DNA of 64,000 nt, taken from contig MU053934.1 of NCBI GenBank assembly GCA_013239625.1, forward strand, positions 10,579,003-10,643,002. Direction: 5' to 3'. Source of the DNA: Lama guanicoe (Eukaryota). The notes under the pieces were generated by a model that did not search any database, was not told where the DNA came from, and saw only the letters and a program-made list of their open reading frames with translations. Below are positions 48,081 to 61,254 of this stretch, in pieces. The first letter of the stretch is position 1, and each line of letters starts with the position of its first letter. The position numbers were made by a program, and so were the translations under genes.

Positions 48081-48399
48081 GAGAACTTTGCAGAGGCCGG
48101 GTCAGGAGGCTTTGGCGCTGTCTGCGTGTTCTGCCTTCCGAGCTTGGCTCTGCTGCAGGGAGGCTGCCAGGGCAGTGCGACCTCTTCTTCCCCCTCTGGG
48201 ACCAGCCGGGCCCCTCACATCAGCCCCTCCGTGCCGGTGTAAGCAGGTGCAAGGTCAGGACTATCCTGTGGCCCCGCCCCCTGCCGCCTGCCAGTGTGCC
48301 CTGGACTTGGGGCGAAGTGGGCAGGTGATCGGGGCTCATCTTATTTCTCATAAGAGTGGTGGGGAGTTCCTCAGTGGTTTGTGAGCGCCTTAGATGTTA

Positions 48400-48560
48400 A
48401 CCCCAGCAGCACTCCTGGCAGACAGATGGTAACCATGGTGACGGATGCACGAGCTGGGGAGGAGAGGTCTTGTAATGAGTCCCAAGGTCACCTGGCTGGT
48501 CACAAGGTCACAGGACCCAGCCCGGGGCTGTCTGTCTCAGAGCTTCTGTTACTCACTGTG
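48400..48560 (-). mobile_element. MIR SINE
   Basis: cccaaggtcacctggctggt...ggacccagcccggggctgtctgtctcagagc. Confidence 0.6.
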
Positions 48561-51384
48561 TCACAGGCTGGGCATCGCCTGGCATTGAGAACCGGGCTGT
48601 CAGGAGTTAAATCAGGGCTCCGCAGAACCTCGCACAGAGCCGTGGGAGACCACCGCCAGGACCCAGGCTGGCCCAGCTCCCGGCGCTGGTTGCTCTTTAC
48701 AAATTGGATGGATCGGTCCTCCTCTTGCTCTGATGCTCAGTTGACATCTAGAAAGTGTCCACACCTCAGCTGAATTGTCCCGCCAGCAAATTAACGCCTT
48801 GGCAAGCTCTCCATCAGTGACCCCTGCCAGGCCTCTCTCCTCCCCTTCATCTCCTTCCTGCTGTGTCCTGGATGCCTCACGGGACACCTGGCGAGGGCTG
48901 CCCAGGGGTCTGCACCCCTGGCCTCCTGGATCTGCCGCTGCTGCAGAGAGCAGGGAAGCTGCTCTTCCAGGAGGAGCCTTAACACTGGGAGGGCTTTGCT
49001 CTGTCTGCCAAGAAGGGACTTATTAACATGTCTTCAAAACTCCGTTTTCATCTCCCACCCACTCCCCCTCTCTCCTCAGGGGACTCTGAAACACCAGAGC
49101 TTTGAAGAAGAAAGCCGCCTGCTTCTGCGGGAGAGGGAATCTGAGCTCACGCACATCATCCCTGAGACATCCTGACGCGTGTTTGATCGCCAGGCTGATG
49201 CTAAGTGCCCAGTCCGCTGATCCTTCTGATTTATCCTGACATCCTTCTTTTCATTTTGAAGTTTGGGCTTGGCCGCGGGAGGAGGTGCCTTTCCTGGGAC
49301 CAGGAGAAGTTAACTTTGGGCAGACTCCTGCATCGACAAGCTCACAGCTAAAAACTGGCTCCTCGCCCCCTGCAGTCGCCAATCATTGAGATGCAAATTC
49401 AACAGAAAAGAACCACAGGTGTCCTCTGCAGCTGGAAATCAGGCTGCATTGAGACGGGGACGGACGCCAGTGTCAGGAAGCCGCCTTCCCAGGCTGGGGA
49501 GCAGGGAGGTTCCCTCCTCTGTCAAACTGTCCAATTACTCGCCCCAGGGGAGACGCCAGACTCCTGGCTGCCCGCTGTTCCTGCCCGCCTGTCCACTGCT
49601 GGAAGGGCTGGCCCTGCCAGGGACCCAGCCTGGCTGGGGCCCCTCTTCCGGGAAGGAGGAGCTGAAGGGATCTGGTTCTGCCCCGATGGCCCTGAAGGCG
49701 TCCGTGTGCTGGCCTCTCCGGTCAGCATCCGCAGAGAGGAGACGTCCTCTGAGGCCTGTCGTGCGCCCCATGAATAAATACGAGCTGAGGGCTGAGCCCA
49801 TCTGACCAGCTCGGCTGCTGCAGCTTTCTGACAAATGTAACCCTGCTTCTGATGGGAGAGTTTTGCTCTGTTTTTGAATTTCATGTAACTAATAGTTGTT
49901 CCTTCTAAACTCGGTGTCATTGAGTGTCTGGGTGTTCCAAGATTTGTCTGTGAATCAATTTCTGTGACAGGTAACACCATCAGAGACTCGGAGCTGGGTG
50001 CGGGCGGGCAGCACATTTCAGCATCACTTTATTTGCCGACGGACTCATGTGTAGCTGCAGAAAGAGGGCGGGGAGGCTGGGGCTCTCACAGACCCCTCCC
50101 CAGATTTCCTTCAGGTTAGCAGGCACACCCAGGGAGTGACAGCTTCTCCCTGGAGGGGAGAGGCTCCTGCTGCGGATGGAAGCACAGCCAGCCTGGGGGC
50201 GCCACGCTCGCTGAAGGACAGAGTGGCCTGCGCCCGGGCCTCCGTGGGCTCCCTGGGGTCATGGACTAAGTCGCCCACGTTCACCCGACGCCATGGGCCT
50301 CCAGCTTGTGTGCTGGGACGTGAGCTGAAGGCCAGGCCTCCCCGCGCTGCGGGTTTTACCATGCGGGCACAGCACAGGGGCACGTGGACAGGTGCTCGTT
50401 CGTCCCCACTTTCTCCCACTTTCACTAGCACCCACCCTGAGCAGAGGCTTCTCTGGGTGTCGTGTCTTCCTATGAACGAGATGCTCTTTCTCTGTCTCCA
50501 AACTTTCCTTGTGAACCTTTAAAGTACACTGAGCTATTCAAGCAGAGGCCACCCACCCAAGCAAGCACATGCTAATCCCGCCTTGGACCTGGCAGCCGGG
50601 GCTCAGCTCCCTTCTCTGTGCCAGTGGGCGCCAGGTGGTCACCGGGCCTCTGCCCTGGACAGACGTCAGCATCGGCCAGGTACCCTGAGCATCCTTCTGG
50701 ATGCAGGGCCCCAGGGAGCCTTGGCACGGGCACCTGCCGCAGGGCCTCTTCTCTGGGCCTGGGCTGCGTGGCTCCCACGGGGCCGGGTCTCTGATGCGGG
50801 CTCTGTGGGTTCCAGCCGTGCAAGATAACCCTCCTGCAGGGGTTCTGATTGTGTTTCCTCCTCCCTGATAAGGTTTGGAAAGTAATAATGAAAGGTGCCC
50901 CAAGGAAACAAGGTAACAGGATTAAAGTGGGGAGAGGCAGGCGCAGCCAGGCGAGGGGCCCCGGTGACCTGCAGGCAAGCCCTTCCTCTTATTGTCACTA
51001 AAGGGATTATACAGTTTCCTTCTCAGATGTTAAGTGCTGGGACCAGAATTGTCTAATTAAAGTACATTCCAAAGGGAAAGACAGCGGCCAGGCAGGCCTC
51101 GGGAAGAGGCCCAGGTGTGCTGTCTCGCGGCATCCTTATCGAGAGGCTGGGAGACTCAGCCCCGGCCTGGGGACCAGGAGTAATTAAAACACCTTTAATT
51201 GGAAGATTCCGCGACGCCTTCTGCGCAGTGGAGCATCGTTGCCAATCTGCTCCCCTGGCCTCCTGTGGGAAGACATTGAGAAGATCAGAACTCTCCTTAG
51301 GTGGGAAAGAGCTTTCAAAACAGAGCTTGGCTGTGGCTGTGTCTACACCCGTGAAGCACGGGACAGGGCCCTGAACTGCGAGGT

Positions 51385-51960
51385 TGTTACCGAACTCAGG
51401 TTTGGCTCCTCGCTGCTTGAAAGCCAATACTCCAGAGACGGGTGCTGGCAGGAACAGAAAGGCTGCTTATTCAGGAAGCTGGCAACCTGGGGAGATGGCG
51501 GATTCATGTCTAAAAGCCAACTCTGAAGACTGCTCGACCGTGCAAATGTTAATGGGAGAACCGTTTGGGGAGGGGATCGGAGAGGTCCTTATCTCCACAG
51601 TGTGCAGCCTTCCTCCTGGCTGGTGGGTGGGGAGGTAGCGGGGCGGTGCTCCAGGAATCCTGTGCTCAGCCTTCAGTGACCACCCTCCACCTGGGTGGGC
51701 ATCTTAGTTCACGCAGAAGGACCAAAGACGTCGCTATGCGCATTCCTTGAGGAGGAGCCAGGACCCTGGCCCCGGGCTGCATGGCTGCTTCTTGACTGCC
51801 CCTCCCTGTCTCTGCGTCCCCTCTGTCTCTGACTGGCAGCCGTTTGGAACTCAGGGAAGCTCAAGGCAGCTGAAGGAATCCTATTTCCTACTAACAAGAA
51901 ATGGGGGGCACAGAAAGGATTTGTGCCCAGGAGGACCCCACAGGGCCCTGCTCCGTTACA
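51385..51960 (-). mobile_element. ERV1 (class I) solo LTR, 576 bp
   Basis: TG...CA ends (tgttaccgaa...ccgttaca) with a perfect 4-bp TSD AGGT at 51381-51384 and 51961-51964. Confidence 0.9.
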
Positions 51961-52099
51961 AGGTGAGGAGGTCAGCCCTGGGGGTTTCCCAGGCGGGACG
52001 TGTAAGTGACCAGCGCGTCCCCGAGGGGAAGGAGAGCTGGGCGAGCAGCCGTGGCGTCGGGCTTGAATGTCGGAGACGAGGGAGGGGATCATGTTGAAG

Positions 52100-52430
52100 A
52101 CTGGATTAATTTTCTCCTCTGCTAGAAGAAGTTACCACGAACGTAGTGGTTTGAAACCACACAGTTTTACGATCTTACAATTCTGGAGATCAAAGTCCAC
52201 CACGGGAGGTCAGGGCTGCGCTCCCTGGAGGCTCTGGGGGGCTCTGTTTCCTGCCTTTTCCAGGCTCTCGAGGCTGCGGGCCCCTTCCTGGCCTTCCAGC
52301 CAGCATCTTCCAGCTCCTCCCTGTGTCTCTGACTCGTGTGCCCATCAAACGCCTGCAGGTTCCCTGAAGTCACATCACGGGTTCGGGGGTTGGGACGTGC
52401 ACACATTTCAGGGGTCATGATTACACCCAC
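52100..52430 (-). mobile_element. MLT1C/D-like LTR fragment
   Basis: ttaccacgaacgtagtggtttgaaacc...tcttacaattctggagatc...gggctgcgctccctggaggctct. Confidence 0.75.
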
Positions 52431-52539
52431 TCGAACCCCAAGGAGGAGCCGGCAATCAAGTCACAGGGCCCTTGTCTAAAGGGGGACCCGGGACGGAGGA
52501 GGACGGAAATGCCACCTCCATTGCCCTGTTGTGTTCTTC

Positions 52540-53110
52540 TTAAAAAATTTTTGGTAAAACGCAAGTAACACAAAATTGACTACATTAACCATTTTGAACT
52601 GGCTTAGTTTAGGAGGCACCGAGTACAGTCAGGATGCTGTGCAACTCAGGCGAATCTCCCCCAAGAGGAAGCCAGGCCCATTTAGGAGTCCCTCCCGCCC
52701 ACCTCCCGCCGCCCCTGGGGGCCACCGAGCTGCGTGTGTCTCTCTGCCTGCCTGCTCTGGACAACTCACTGCAGTGAAATCGCACAACACGAGGCCTCTG
52801 GCGTCTGGCTTCTTTCGCTTGGCGTGATGTGCCCGGTGTCATCCATGCTGCACGCGGGTCGGGACTTCACTCCTTCTTACGACCGAGGAACGTTCCTGTG
52901 ACGTCGTGTGGATAGACTGTGTTTTGTTTATCCGTTTATCACCCACTGATGGACGCCTGGTCGTTTCCACCTCTCGGCTCCTGAGAATAACGCGGCTATG
53001 CGTGTTCATGTGCAACGTTCTGCTTAAATAGGGTCCGTTTTCAGTTCCCTGGGGAATACTCCCGGGGTGAAGTTCATGGGTCACCTGGCAGCCCTGTGTT
53101 TAGCAGATGA
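52540..53110 (-). mobile_element. L1MB-like 3' end
   Basis: ttttggtaaaacgcaagtaacacaaaattgactacattaaccattttgaac...gttttgtttatccgtttatcacccactgatggac. Confidence 0.8.
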
Positions 53111-53822
53111 AGGAACGTTTTTCTCCCTCAAACAGTGCTGCCAGGTGAGTGGTTGTCCCTGATGTTTAGACGTAAAGAACCGGGCTCAGGGGGACCACAC
53201 GGTTTCCCCACAGGGTGACTGTCAGAATGTGGCAGTTCTCACAGGAAACGGCCGCTTCTCCCCAAGGCCCTGGATGGCGAAGACCAACTGGTCTGAGACG
53301 GGACATGGGAACAGAAGGGAGGTCACCCAGACCCAGGGCCACGTCCACCACTGGGGCCAGAGGGAGGTGCCGTCGGGGCCTGGCAGTCGGGTCTTTGCAC
53401 AGGGAGCTCTGAGGCCAAGTGGGCCTCAAGGATTTTGATTACAGCTCTTCCCTGCCACTGTTACGGAAACGACAGGCCAGCCAAGAAACAAGCACCACTC
53501 GGAGGGTTGGAGCACTCAGGTGTGTTATGCCGACGGGCACAGAGGGGCTTCTGCTCCGAAGCTCTGAGCACCTCCAAGACGTGCGCATGAGGTTTTATAG
53601 GGTAAAGTACAAGCTTGGGGTATTCGGCCAATAGGCATGGGACAGCTTTAGCAGCATTATCATCACAAAAGTGGAGGCAGGGAGGCAGCAAACCACCATT
53701 CCAAAGCCAGACATGTATCTTTGAAAATCCAGCTGGCTAGCAAAACACATGAACAGCAAACCAACACTAATTAACCTAGATTTACAAGTTAGTCCAGCAG
53801 AACTCAGATCAGTATTCCAATG

Positions 53823-53924
53823 CTTAGATTTGTGAGTTATCTTGTTAGCCCAGCCCAGCCTCTCCTTCACTTTCCTAGACTTGTGAGGTATCTTGTTAGA
53901 CCAGCCCAGCTTTTCCTTCACATC
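53823..53924. repeat. 51-bp tandem duplication (2 copies)
   Basis: cttagatttgtgagttatcttgttagcccagcccagcctctccttcacttt / cctagacttgtgaggtatcttgttagaccagcccagcttttccttcacatc. Confidence 0.9.
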
Positions 53925-55609
53925 ACCGCACTCCTCACCAGAGGGACCACGGTGCTTCAGTGGCGTCTGTCTAGACCACAGGGCTGTGACACGGGGGTGG
54001 GGTGGCTGAGAGACAGCACTGCGGGGAGGAATCCATGAGGCAGGTGGTATGACGCCTGAGGAGTGGCATGGATCGTGCCCAGGATGAGTGCAGGTAGAAG
54101 TACAGTGGTGATGACCTCTGGCCTCCCCTGTTGATGTGATTCCAGGGTCCACGCCGACCACGTCACATGGAGCCGGGGGAGGTGCTCACTACCCCGGAGA
54201 GCTGCTTTGTGTCCCCCAAAAAGATGACTTCAGGGTCACTCAGGGCCTTAGGTTTCAAAGATTATCATTTGATTTATTAAAATCCCACGTTAAAAATAAC
54301 TTCTTTACACCTTTAGGTCTGACTTTGATTAATGTTTGATTCTATTTATAAACTTAGATAACTAAATTCCCTGAAATATTTCAAGTGGAATCAACATGCC
54401 TAATATTAGATCTTCCTCCTCTTCTTTTATTTCAATTGCCTGACCAGCAAACAACCCTCGCAAACGTTTCTACGGTGCCTGTAGTTCTCACAAATTAAAC
54501 TGACTTGCAGAGAGCCCTTCGTTCTCCGGGTTTCAACACATTTTGTGAACTGAGTGGCACTCTCTTGTTCCTCTTACGACAACCTTTCTTAACAAGTGGG
54601 AGACTAATATTAAAGAGCACAACCTGAAGGGCTTGAGTGAGTGACGAAAGAGTGGTGCACACCAAGGAAACGCACCCTCGCTGCCAGCGAGAAGGCGAGA
54701 GCGTCAGCCCGGGGGCCCCCCGCGGCCCCTCCCGGCTGCTACCCGGCACGGAGTCCCTCTCCCTAAGGCTGAGTGGACGGCCTCGCCCGGGGGGCCCTCG
54801 GGAGTCCGGCGTCTAGCAGACAGTTGTTTCTTGTTTCTTGTTTTCACTTTTCACTCTTGTTGATACGTGATGATGACAAGCAAGTAATTACCATTCCTTC
54901 CACCCCATCTGCTGCTCACTCCAGGTCGCTCGTGACTCCTGCGTCGGTTTATGTGGAGGGTTAGCGCGTTAGAGCAGTGGCCTTAAGTTAGAACCGTCAT
55001 CCCTCTTGTTACCATGCGGAGGCCTGGTGTGGCTTGGTCTGGCCGACGTCGGGGCCTGCAGGCGCCTGCAGCTGGGCAGCGCAGGGCATCCTCAGACCCT
55101 CTCCTCCGCGTCTCCTTTCCTGTCTGCTGCCTACAGACGAGACGGCGGCTCTCCTGGCTCTCCTTTCTCGACCAGACCCTCCCCTTCTTGAGCTCTTAAT
55201 GAGTGGGGCCATCTGAGCCTCACATTATCACCAGAACACGGGCTTAATTATCTCGTCAAAGCCAGAGGACACTCACACAAAAGGCTGAATAAATGTGTTT
55301 CTTGCCAAGTAGCAGAGAACCATCTCCCTGGACAAAGCGACCGCTGGTCACACGTGGGGTTGGGGGGTTTGGAGCCCAGAGATCGGCAGGCTTCTGGAAG
55401 AGGGAGGATCTGGGGGCTGTGCGACCTTGGCTGTGGATGCCTGGTTATCAGAACGGGGCTGCCACTCCTGGGTGTCACTTCATAGTATACTTGCTGCCGG
55501 GAAATAGTCCTCAGCTGATTAGGACCGGCTTCAGGTCAGTTTGGGAAGTTACCTCCGGCCGTGGGGACAGGGCAGCTGGCCCGCTCTTCTCTTGCATTTG
55601 GGGCAGAGG

Positions 55610-55745
55610 ATTTTTGTTCTCATTGTCATAACATGCTTGAGAGCACTGAGGCTCAGACAGGTGAGCACATTTCCTAAGCTTGTGTACTTACCAGGCGGCA
55701 CATTAGGGCCTTGAGCCTGGGTCTCTCCGAAGTCCATGCTTTTAT
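55610..55745 (-). mobile_element. MIR SINE
   Basis: gagagcactgaggctcagacaggtgagcacatttcctaagc. Confidence 0.65.
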
Positions 55746-55829
55746 TTGCACATTTTTATCAAGCAGTGCTTTGGTTTGCATGTTCACAAAGGGCTGTTCA
55801 TCACAGTCCTCGCTTCTTGGTGCATTGTC

Positions 55830-57955
55830 TCAGTCGTTCCCTGCAAGGATGTTGTTTTTAATATTGCTTTTTTCTATTTTCCCTTCATCCCAGATCCTGA
55901 CTGCCAGCCCCTCTTTTCCCACCCAGTAGAGTCACTCCTTCTAATGTGTTATCTGTCCTTAAATATCTGTGCCCCTTTGAGGGTCTGATTTTCAAGAGTT
56001 ATGTGTTCATCTTAAATTTCCATACCTATTGTGCCACAGACCTCATTCCGTTTCTTAAGTTTTTTTGCTCAACACTGTGTTTTAAATGTGTGCCCACCTT
56101 TCTGCACAGACTTCGAACCTTCGATTCTCGGCATGCAGCTACCACGGCCTCCACACCTTACCTGTTCTGCTTCTCACTCGTCATCACCTGGATAGTCTCT
56201 GGTCCTTCCCCCACCCTCACCCCTGTCACCAAACACTATGGCACCCTCACCCCTGAGGTACGACTTTCTCTGGGTTCTCACCCAGGAGTAGGGTTGCTGG
56301 GCCACGGGGGGGCCACAGTTTCACCAGGGACAGCCACCTTGCCGTGCAGACTGGCCTGGCGGGCTGTACCCCTCCAGCAGTTCACCAGGGTTTCATTTTG
56401 CCACATCCTCACCAGTGGTTTCAGACTCTTTGAAAGCGCTGCCAGTCAGGGGGCCGGGTGGGAAATGCAGTCTTGTGATTGTCTGAACCCGCACCTCTGT
56501 GATTGCCACGGAAGTCACACATCTCCTCATGCGCGGCGGCCTTCGCGCTTCCCCTGCTGTGAGCGCCTGTCAGTACACCTTCCCCTCTTACCGATCTCGC
56601 ACCCTCATCGTCCCGTTGGCTTTGATAACCCCTTGCGTATTCTGGACATAAACTTCTTGGTGTTTTTTTAAGAAGCAAACGTTCCCAATCTGTCACCTGT
56701 CTCTTGAATGACATCATTCTACCTTGAACCCAAGTCTTTAATTTTGTTATGGTTAAATCCATTTGTTTTTCTGCCAGATTCTGTACTTTTTCAGTATTAT
56801 ACAAGGAGTGCATATTCAGTTCAAGACAAAAATTTCCCCAGCAATTTATCCTCTTACTTTATTGTTCTTGCACTTAAACTTTTGACCAATCTAGAGATCA
56901 CTTTCCTTAGGATGTGAGGGAGAGTTCTAAGTTTTGTTTTATCCATAAAGTGGGGAATATCATCTGTTAAACAAATCTATTCCTTCTCACTGAAGTGTGA
57001 GGTAAGTGTTCTCACAGAACAGACCCCTGGACACATAAGTCTGCCGCTGAGCGGTCTGTCTGATCCCACCTGTGTATTTAATATTTCTATACCACAACCA
57101 CATTTCTTTAAAACTAACGCTTTGCAGAATATCTTCATACCTTGTAGGCCGGGTCCCCTTTCATTCATCTCCACTTTTCTGAAATTGATTTGTTTTCACA
57201 GATCTTTATGTTTCCACATAAATGTTAGAATAAGATTGTTGAAGTTGACAAAATTTACTCTTGAAAAATTTTGTTGACTCTCATTAAAGTAAGGCTTTGG
57301 CAGAGAATTAGAATTGCCAGCTCTTTGAATAAACTATCCCATCGTCGAATATGGTACATTTTCCCTCTATTCTGGTCTTTCGTTACATCCTTGGGTGAAT
57401 TTTAAAGCTTTCTCCATAAAGGTCTCATGAATTCTTCATCAGATTTATTCCTGTGCACACTGTGGCTTCCCCAGCTATTGTAAAGGTTGTATTGTTTCGC
57501 TGTGACGTGTTTTAGTTAGAAATTACCAGGGTGAGGGAACACCACTGCAGCGCTGACACTGCGCCTCTCAACTTCGCAGAACGGTTGTCAGTCCGACACC
57601 TTGTCTGTTGACCTGGTGGGTTTCCCGTGCAGGCGATCATGTTATCCACAAGCAAGAACCACTTCGCTCTTGATGTGTCCCTCCCCCTCTTGCTGACCAT
57701 TCTCTCAATTCTTCCTCAGTCGAGGCGTTGCCAGGAGAGGTGATGATGGCTACGATTTTCTCATTGTGGTCTTAAAGAAGCCACGTCTCAAATTAACCCA
57801 CTGAATGCGGTGTTTGCTGTAGAACACAAGCTCATAGTTACTTGCCAGATAAAGAAAGTTCCCCTTTATTTCCAGTCTTCTGACATTTCGTTGAAAGATA
57901 TGTTGGTTATTTCCAAGTGGTTTTTGGGGCTTCTCCTGACCCAGCCAATAAAAAA

Positions 57956-58000
<45 letters not shown>

Positions 58001-59470
58001 ATAAATTTATTCAGCTTAGTACCTTGAAGTGGGAAATTACATCCATAGATTTTCAGATGTTCAATTTTCTTCTCATTCCTTTGATAAACTTACCTGTGAT
58101 GGTATATTATTATTTTTGACACAATGTTAAAGTCAATCAGAAAATATGCAAATAAGATGATTCATAAGTGAACTGAGTCTACACTTTGCTTTTTGAAGTG
58201 TTTCTCGGCAGCTTTGGAATCAACGCAACACTGGACGTTTAAAATGGACGGAGCGTCCTCACCCCCTCTCTCATCATTTGCAGCAACTTGTAAGTTGTGG
58301 AAACAGAAATTCTCTCTTCTTTGAACCTCTGTTGTAACTTTCCTGTGGGGTTTTCTAAGCCTGATCTGTTGTTGTTTTGTTTCGTTTCCCCTTGGGGGGA
58401 GGTTTAATTACCATTGCAAATTCTACACTGAAAATTTCTGTTTCTTCTTGCCAAACTGAGGATATTGTATCTTTCCAGAAGTGTATCCATTTTGCCTCTT
58501 TTTTTTCCTTTTTAATGTATGTCTTTATTTCAGAAAATCTCTGTTGTTTATGTGGTTATTTTCTCTTTTGGGTCCCGTCGTTCACAGATGCTCATCTTCC
58601 CCTCCTTTCATTGATCAGATTTGCCAGAGGTTTGTACATTTGCTAATCTTTAAAAGAGAGAGATTTTGGCCTTGTGTTTCTTCTCTGTTTCATTGATCTC
58701 TGTTCTCATCTGCTGCACTTGCCTTCTTACTTCTCTGGGTTGCTTCTGTTTCTCCTCTTCTTTTCTCCTTGAATTGAATGCTTGGCTCATTTCTTTTATT
58801 TTTTTCTTACTTCCTGATAATATACTTAAATGCATGCAGCTGTCACTGTAGTGTGGCCCCATTATTTTGTATTTCTTTCATGCTTACTCGCGATCTTAAA
58901 GTGTTTTTAGCAGAATGACTGATTCCTTAGTTTTGGGACATATGAGGTTTTATTTGCCTTTAATCAAATTTTGTTCCCGATCTCTAATCTCATTGTGTCG
59001 TGCTCGAGGAGTGTATTCGGCTGCGTGGCTTGTTTGGGTGTGCCGGACCTTCTGTGGCTGTGAAAGCTCCCCTACGCACACACACACACACACACACACA
59101 CATTTTGCTTTGAGCTTTTTATTAATGTTGTCGTTCAACTTTTATATGCATTTATGCTTTTTTGTTTCGGGCTTTTTTCTCTTTTGTCCCTCTGATCTGC
59201 CAGTTCCGAAGAGGGCTCTGCTGAGACCGTGGGTACTAAGTTTTGCCGTCTCCACATCCCCCGTAGCCCTGGCGGCTCTTACTTCGGGTGTTGTGATGCG
59301 GTATTTTAATGGGCGTGTGTATTCACAGCCACTGTCCTCTCACCTGCTCTGTTGTGTCAGGGCACAGCACCGCTCTTTGTCGTTATGATGCTTTTCACCT
59401 TAGCGTCTATTTAGTCTGATAATGAAAAGTGCTACCTTGTATTTTTGCAAATTTCTTATTGAAATAGCCT
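55830..59470 (-). mobile_element. Long old LINE-1 (L1ME-like) ORF2 / 3' remnant
   Basis: Minus-strand remnants FKRQVTDWERL and KWFLLVDNMIACTGNP (cf. KLSLFADDMIVYLENP); contains (AT)n 57959-57998 and (CA)n 59077-59102. Confidence 0.8.
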
Positions 59471-59814
59471 TTGTAAACCACCCATACACCTACTTTCAAA
59501 TGAGTTCATTCACTAGTGCGTGCAGGTCGCCGTGTCTGTTCCTGCTTCTCATTCTGAATCAGGGCCTCGGCCTATAGGCTAACTCCTGGAACGGAGAGCC
59601 TGCTCCCGCGGGCTGAGGGGTCGTTCTCAGCAACGAGGCCGGAGCCAGGCTGAGGACGGCAGCTCTGCCACATCTGTGGGGAAGAGCCCCCCGTCTTTCC
59701 CCCCAGGGGCTGCGGGACACGAAGCTCTTTTTTGTTCTCTCCCTCCCTTTTCCTTCCTTCTTTCCTCCCTTCCTTCTTTCCTTCCCTCTTTCCCCTCTCT
59801 CTCATTTGACTTTT

Positions 59815-60920
59815 ACTTCTTTTTCTGAATTTTAATACAAATACATCATAAAGGGCACAAAGCGTATACACAGGCTGATAAACAAGTGGCTAAAAAGAGG
59901 CTCCCCTGCACACCAGCACCCCGCCACGCGGGGGCACATGACCAGCAGCCTGGGACCCCCTCCCCGGGCCCCTCTGCCGTCCCAGCCCCGCGCTCCAGGT
60001 AACAGCCGCCTGGGCCTCGGAAACCCTCGCTTGGCCGTTTTGTCATCAGATGTCGAGCCCTGCCTCTGTGGAGCTTCCTGCGAAGGGCGCGGTTTCCTGC
60101 TTGTGCACAGACGGAGTCGCACGTCTTCTCACGGAGCTGAAGTTCCGTTTCGGCGTTTCACTCGTGCTTTGCACACGCCCGTGTCCCACCTCCTTCCAGC
60201 ACAGGCTGGTGGTCATCGTGGGTGTCTGCAGACGGTCCGCTCTCCAGCTGACGGCCGCTGGCGGGTCCCAGCTCCCGGCCTTGCGAGCCAGGCTGCCGAG
60301 AGCAGCCCCGCCACGTGTCCTGGCAGGCAGGCTGGCGAGTGTTTCTAGCACGTTCTAGCGGGGTGGGGGCTGCAGCCCGGTCTGCGCGCTTGCTGGCAGC
60401 CTGGCCCGGGGTGAGCAGGCGCCTTCCAGAGAAGGCGTCCGGATTGGACCTTCCGCCGTCAGGGTCTGCGAGCTGTGATGGCCCCACCATCGCACTGATA
60501 CTGGTGCTGCCAGACTTTTACTAGAGGATCGATCAGTTTACGTGTGAATCTTAAAACTTATCTTTCAGTCTTGTGGGCACATGCCGGCAAGGCTTTGTTT
60601 TGCCTTTCCCTGATCGCTGATGGGGGAATGTTTGTCACGTACAACGTGGGCCCCATCTGGTTCTCTCTTTTTAAGTATCTGTTCCCATCTTTTGACCATT
60701 TTTCTTTTGAGTTGTTTTCCTTTTTTTATTGATTTGTAAGAGTTTTTCTTTTTAATACTATGCTTTGGATATCAACTTTTTTTTTATTCTTTTGGTTACA
60801 GATACTGCTAATATCTTTTCTATCCTGTGTCTTGTTTTTCATTCTCGGAGAGTGTCTTTTGATGAACAGAGGCTCCTACTTTCACTGCAGTTGAACTCAT
60901 CTATCTTTTTATATGCCTGA
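59815..60920 (-). mobile_element. Old LINE-1 (L1ME-like) 3' end with a strongly GC-shifted centre
   Basis: Motif order follows an antisense L1ME 3' end: aaagggcacaaagcgtatacac, ccaggtaacagcc, ccttccagagaaggcgtccggattggaccttccgccgtcag, tttgaccatttttc, gtgtcttttgatgaacagagg. Confidence 0.65.
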
Positions 60921-61254
60921 GAAAAATCTAACCTCACCCTTGCATTAAATAACAGATTAGCTTGATCTAACAATCCGAGCATCATTCTCCCTTTAATGTG
61001 TAAAAACGATGACACTGCTGCCTCACTCGGAGTACTGACACATATGGTACCAACTTGATTCTTACTCATATTCATGGGCATAATTTTTAAATTTTTTTCC
61101 TGGAAGCTTTTAGATTTTTTATCTTTGATGTTTTAAAATTTACTTAAATTTTATCTAGTTTTGTTTTTTGTCCTTATTTATCATTTTAGGTGGCTCTGAG
61201 TCCTTTCAGTTCAGGTCTGTTTTCTCTATTTTGTGCTAATTTTTTGGTGGTCAA

